Part shown: positions 31,796 through 34,935 of the stretch, piece by piece
How the letters are laid out: each line of letters starts with the position of its first letter
How positions within the stretch are numbered: the stretch's first letter is position 1
Source of the DNA: Nitriliruptoraceae bacterium
GTDB taxonomy: Bacteria; Actinomycetota; Nitriliruptoria; Nitriliruptorales; Nitriliruptoraceae
Assembly (NCBI GenBank): GCA_041579655.1
Contig: JBFGFG010000001.1
Location: 1 to 34,935 of the forward strand
Direction of reading: 5' to 3'
DNA length: 34,935 nucleotides
The notes under the pieces: model-generated
Database searches by the model: none
What the model saw: the letters and a program-made list of their open reading frames with translations, nothing else
What the model was told of the DNA's origin: nothing
Program-made: the position numbers and the translations under genes

Positions 31796-33711
31796 GCGTC
31801 GTCGCCGTGGTCGGCGTCGGCGTCATCGACCAACGAGGGCAGCACGTCCATCAGCACCACGACCCCCGCACGGGCACGCGTGCGGTCGGTGAGCGGCGCC
31901 AGGCGGACCCGACAGACCACCGCCCGGCCGCGGCGATCGGTCGCGGCCGCGATCTGGTCGGTGGTGGTCCCGGTCGTCAGGCACTCGCGGATCGGGTCGG
32001 CGAGGTCACCGACGGAGAGCCCGATGTCGAGGGCGAGCAGCGAGCGCCCCACCACCTCGTCCTCGCGCAGCCCCCACAGCTCGAACGCCTGCTCGTTCCA
32101 GATCTCGACCTCGAAGTCCGTGCCGACCACGGCGACCCCGACCTGCAGGCTCGCGAGGATCGAGCGGAAGTAGGTGTTGACCTGCTCGACCTCCTCGGTG
32201 CGGATCATCAGCTCGCGGTTGATGGCCTCCTGCTCCGTGGTGGCCGACTGGAGCTCCTCGTTGGTCGTCTCGAGCTCCTCGACCGTGGACTGCAGCTCCT
32301 CGTTGGTCGTCTCGAGCTCCTCGACCGTGGACTGCAGCTCCTCGTTGGTGGTCTCCAGCTCCTCGTTGGTCGACTGGAGCTCCTCGTACGCGGTCTCGAG
32401 CTCCTGGTTGCTCTGCTGGAGCCGCGTGTTGAGCTCCTGCGCGCCGGTCACGTCCTCGAACGTGATGCTGATGCCGATCAGCTCCTGGTCGGGGTCGAAC
32501 AGCGGCACCAGCCAGACGTCGAAGAACTGCGTCGGCAGATCGCGCTGGGCGCGCTGCACGGTGCGCAGCCGCTTCGAGCGGCGCTCACGCCGGACCTCGT
32601 CGAGCGGTGCCCGCAGGTCGATGGGTCGGTACGAGACCTCGAGGTCGTTCAGCGGTCGGCCGATGTCGTGGGACCCCAACCCGAACGCCGAGCGCGCCGC
32701 CTCGTTGACGAGCTCGATCGTGCCGCCGACGTCGATGACGATCTGCGACGCCGGCGCCGAAGCGAACGCCGAGTCACGCATCCGGACCTGGCGGGCGACC
32801 CGAGCGGGAGCCTCGACCTGCCCCAGCAGGCGTCGGCGCCCGGAGTTCGAGTTCGGGAGCTTGCGGAACACCCGTTGCACGATCTCGACGGGCTCGAACA
32901 GGTCGTGCTCGGCGAACAGCATCTCGGCCTTGCCCAGGAACAGGTAGCCGTCATCGCGCAGGCCGAAGTGCAGGCTGCGCAGCACCTGCGCCTGGGTCTC
33001 GCTGTTGAGGTAGATGAGCACGTTGCGGCACGTCAGCAGGTGCAGGTTCGAGATCGGCGCGTCCGACACGAGGTCGTGCCTGCCGAAGATCACCGCACGG
33101 CGCAGCTCGGGACGGATGGCGAAGCCGGCTCCGTCGGGCTGGAAGTACCGGGCTCGCAGCTCGTCGGGCAGGCCGTCCAGCTTCGCCTCGTCGTACACCC
33201 CGTGGCGAGCGTGACGCAGCGCGTCCTCGTCGACGTCCGTGGCGTAGATCTTGACCCGCTGCTCGAGCTGCTCCACCCCCAGGAGCTCCGCGAACAACAT
33301 CGCCAGGGTGTACGGCTCCTCGCCCGACGCGCAGCCGGCGCTCCACACCCTGATCTGGTCGTCGCCCGCCTCCTCGATCAGCTTGGGGAGCACCTCCGTG
33401 GCCAGGAAGCCCCAGCGGTCGGGGTCGCGGAGGAACGACGTCACGTTGATCAGCAGCGTGTCGAACAGCTTCGCGAACTCCTCCGGGTGCACCTGGAGGT
33501 GGTCGTGGTACGCCCTGACGTCGGTGAGGCCGACCTGCGCCATGCGCTTCAGCACACGCCGACCAAGGCTCGTCCGCTTGTAGCCGGTGAAGTCGAACCC
33601 CCGGGTCTGCTTGAGGTCCTCGAGCAGCGCCTCGAAGGCCTCGGCGTCCAGCCCGCCCGGCAGACCGCCTGCGCCGGGATCCTCCGTTGTCTCCTGTTCC
33701 CCCGCAGCCAC
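31792..33711 (-). CDS. cheR: CheR-type protein-glutamate methyltransferase fused to PAS - EEL heptad array - PAS
   Basis: CheR N-domain FDFTGYKRTSLGRRVLKRM, SAM-binding IRVWSAGCASGEEPYTLAML and LLTCRNVLIYL. Two PAS-like regions flank nine heptads. GTG 33711 lies 2 nt after the cheB-like stop. Confidence 0.88.
   Translation of the reverse strand: MAAGEQETTEDPGAGGLPGGLDAEAFEALLEDLKQTRGFDFTGYKRTSLGRRVLKRMAQVGLTDVRAYHDHLQVHPEEFAKLFDTLLINVTSFLRDPDRWGFLATEVLPKLIEEAGDDQIRVWSAGCASGEEPYTLAMLFAELLGVEQLEQRVKIYATDVDEDALRHARHGVYDEAKLDGLPDELRARYFQPDGAGFAIRPELRRAVIFGRHDLVSDAPISNLHLLTCRNVLIYLNSETQAQVLRSLHFGLRDDGYLFLGKAEMLFAEHDLFEPVEIVQRVFRKLPNSNSGRRRLLGQVEAPARVARQVRMRDSAFASAPASQIVIDVGGTIELVNEAARSAFGLGSHDIGRPLNDLEVSYRPIDLRAPLDEVRRERRSKRLRTVQRAQRDLPTQFFDVWLVPLFDPDQELIGISITFEDVTGAQELNTRLQQSNQELETAYEELQSTNEELETTNEELQSTVEELETTNEELQSTVEELETTNEELQSATTEQEAINRELMIRTEEVEQVNTYFRSILASLQVGVAVVGTDFEVEIWNEQAFELWGLREDEVVGRSLLALDIGLSVGDLADPIRECLTTGTTTDQIAAATDRRGRAVVCRVRLAPLTDRTRARAGVVVLMDVLPSLVDDADADHGDDA
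32230..32418. repeat. in-frame heptad-coding repeat array (9 x 21 nt) containing an exact 42-nt tandem duplication (32254..32295 = 32296..32337)
   Basis: The units encode QQSNQEL ETAYEEL QSTNEEL ETTNEEL QSTVEEL ETTNEEL QSTVEEL ETTNEEL QSATTEQ. The identical 42-mers were verified base by base. Confidence 0.9.
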
Positions 33712-33713
33712 GT

Positions 33714-34430
33714 TCAGCCCTTCCCGACGAGGTCGAGCAGGGCAGGTCCCAGCTCCTCCAACGACAGCACGTGGTCAGCGTGCCCTGTCGCGACCGCTGC
33801 TGCGGGCATGCTCGGGAACTGCGCCGTCTTCGGTGACTGCACCAGCACCGTGCCGCCGGCCGCCGACACGGCGGACACGCCTGCTGCCCCGTCGCTGCCC
33901 GAGCCGCTGAGCACCACCGCGAGCACGCGGGGGCCGAAGCTGCGCGCCACCGACTCCAGCAGCACGTCGACGGACGGTCGCACGAAGCGCACCCGTTCGG
34001 AGTCGGTCAGACGCACGATGCCCCCCTCGTCGACCAGCATGTGATGCCCCGGTGGCGCCACGACGACCACGCCCGGCAGCAGCCCCTCACCCTGCCGCGC
34101 CTCCCGGACCTCGAGCGCAGTGCCGCGGTCGAGGATCTCCGCGAGGTGGCTCGCGTGGGCCGGGTCGAGGTGCTGGACGACGGCCACGGGGCAGGCCAGC
34201 GTCGCCGGCAGCGCCCCGAGCACCGCGCTCAACGCGACCAGACCACCGGCCGACGCGCCGATCGCGATGATCGCAGCTGCGCCAGGGGCGCCGTACGCCT
34301 CGGTCGGGTCGGGGTGGTCGATCTGGGGTGGCATGGACTGGTGGTCCTCCGGGGGGCGTGAGCGCGCTTCGTCGCGTGCGGCGCCCGCCTCCCGACGGTA
34401 GTCGGTGTCACACGGGGTAGCTGAGACCAT
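33714..34430 (-). CDS. cheB: CheB-type protein-glutamate methylesterase, catalytic domain only (no receiver)
   Basis: IAIGASAGG (Ser), VVQHL (His) and SGSGSDG (Asp) in the usual order. ATG 34430 has GGAGG 7 nt upstream. The alternative ATG 34334 has GGAGGA 10 nt upstream. The track ORF start 34589 is rejected. Confidence 0.82.
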   Translation of the reverse strand: MVSATPCDTDYRREAGAARDEARSRPPEDHQSMPPQIDHPDPTEAYGAPGAAAIIAIGASAGGLVALSAVLGALPATLACPVAVVQHLDPAHASHLAEILDRGTALEVREARQGEGLLPGVVVVAPPGHHMLVDEGGIVRLTDSERVRFVRPSVDVLLESVARSFGPRVLAVVLSGSGSDGAAGVSAVSAAGGTVLVQSPKTAQFPSMPAAAVATGHADHVLSLEELGPALLDLVGKG

Positions 34431-34514
34431 CTCGTGACCTCCGTCACTGGCTCCACCACGGGGCCACCGGGACCTTCGTGGAGATCGGTTCTCGAACACG
34501 GTGGGAGCAGGGCC

Positions 34515-34769
34515 ATGGTCAGTCAGCCACAGGGACGAGCCCACGACGCGTACGGGGACGAGTGGGCGCAGCTGCAGACCTCGCTGCACACGCGCTCGGC
34601 GATCAGCATGCTGCGGTCGGCCTCGATGTCCATCGAGGAGGCGGTCGGCTCAGCCCCGCACCGCGCGAACGGCTTCGGCATCGCGCTCGAGCTCGTCCAG
34701 GACGCCACAGCGATCCTGGGCCGGATCGACGCGGAGGTCCACGCCGAGCAGGAGCTGCAGGCAGGCTGA
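34515..34769 (+). CDS. small hypothetical helical protein (84 aa), divergent from the cheB-like gene
   Basis: ATG 34515 has GGGAG 7 nt upstream. Third positions are strongly G/C by eye. The overlapping minus-strand ORF 34523..34816 translates to C/S/A/R-rich junk. Confidence 0.45.
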   Translation: MVSQPQGRAHDAYGDEWAQLQTSLHTRSAISMLRSASMSIEEAVGSAPHRANGFGIALELVQDATAILGRIDAEVHAEQELQAG

Positions 34770-34812
34770 GCGCAGCGGTTACCGGGTAGCTGCTGGCGCC
34801 GGGCTGCCGCCA

Positions 34813-34935
34813 TCACCTGCGCAGGCCGACCTCGGTCGCGGCGCTGGTGAGCAGCGAGCGGGCATCTGCGATCGCCGACCGCTCGACGTCGTCGAATGAG
34901 CCGAGCCGGGTCCGTGCCGCCGCGAGGGCCGCCGC
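34813..34935 (-). CDS. 3' end of an unidentified CDS running off the window (last 40 codons)
   Basis: Hand translation of the minus strand in frame with TGA at 34815..34813 gives AAALAAARTRLGSFDDVERSAIADARSLLTSAATEVGLRR, with G/C-rich third positions. It is absent from the ORF track because no start lies in the window. Confidence 0.35.
   Translation of the reverse strand, partial: AAALAAARTRLGSFDDVERSAIADARSLLTSAATEVGLRR

Noticed and set aside
30488-34430. Annotating the CheB/CheR genes as a chemotaxis operon.
   Set aside because: The window has no MCP, CheA, CheW, CheY-coupled CheB receiver or flagellar genes. CheR is fused to PAS domains and coupled to a classical HisKA kinase, so a non-chemotaxis role is more consistent.
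34523-34816. A 97-aa minus-strand ORF upstream of the cheB-like gene, and the 291-aa extended cheB ORF reaching 34589.
   Set aside because: The translation is C/S/A/R-rich with poor third-position bias, while the plus-strand frame 34515..34769 has the coding signature. CheB has RBS-supported starts at 34430 and 34334.

Overview
This is high-GC actinobacterial-type chromosomal DNA (by eye above 70% G+C), so nearly every frame carries long spurious ORFs. I support about 26 protein-coding genes. I see no rRNA, tRNA, CRISPR array, transposase or integrase. No searches were run. All family calls rest on motifs read from the supplied translations and on by-eye third-position GC, and all start codons are predictions.

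- **Left part (1-8.2 kb), core-type genes:** the 3' end of an MTAP-type phosphorylase, a dienelactone-hydrolase-like protein, a SAF-like membrane protein, an NAD(P)-binding SDR/DUF2867 fusion, uppP, ettA, a hypothetical protein and a SulP/STAS anion transporter.
- **Middle (8.4-27 kb), rich in exported hydrolases:** a signal-peptide alpha/beta hydrolase, a Cys-rich HExxH metalloprotease, a Tat-signal metallophosphoesterase ending in an LAxTG sorting signal, and two tandem paralogous S8 peptidases with giant low-complexity linkers, an IPT/TIG-like domain and a shared two-Cys C-terminal module. Interspersed are a fused membrane/spermidine-synthase-like protein with an NDH-2-like flavoprotein, an orphan CheY-like receiver, and an Rv1683-like hydrolase/acyl-CoA-synthetase fusion.
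- **Right part (27.5-34.9 kb):** a divergent katG/fur pair, a structured convergent intergenic region closed by a perfect 15-bp long-range inverted repeat, and a translationally coupled three-gene module (CheB-like esterase, CheR-PAS-heptad-PAS protein, soluble PAS histidine kinase) with no MCP/CheA/CheW nearby.

The best candidates for under-described biology are (1) the split CheB/CheR/kinase methylation module with its EEL heptad array, (2) the S8 paralog pair and its conserved C-terminal Cys module, (3) the 146-nt inverted-repeat-bounded element, and (4) the Tat plus LAxTG phosphoesterase. I cannot claim a clearly novel system from sequence alone.
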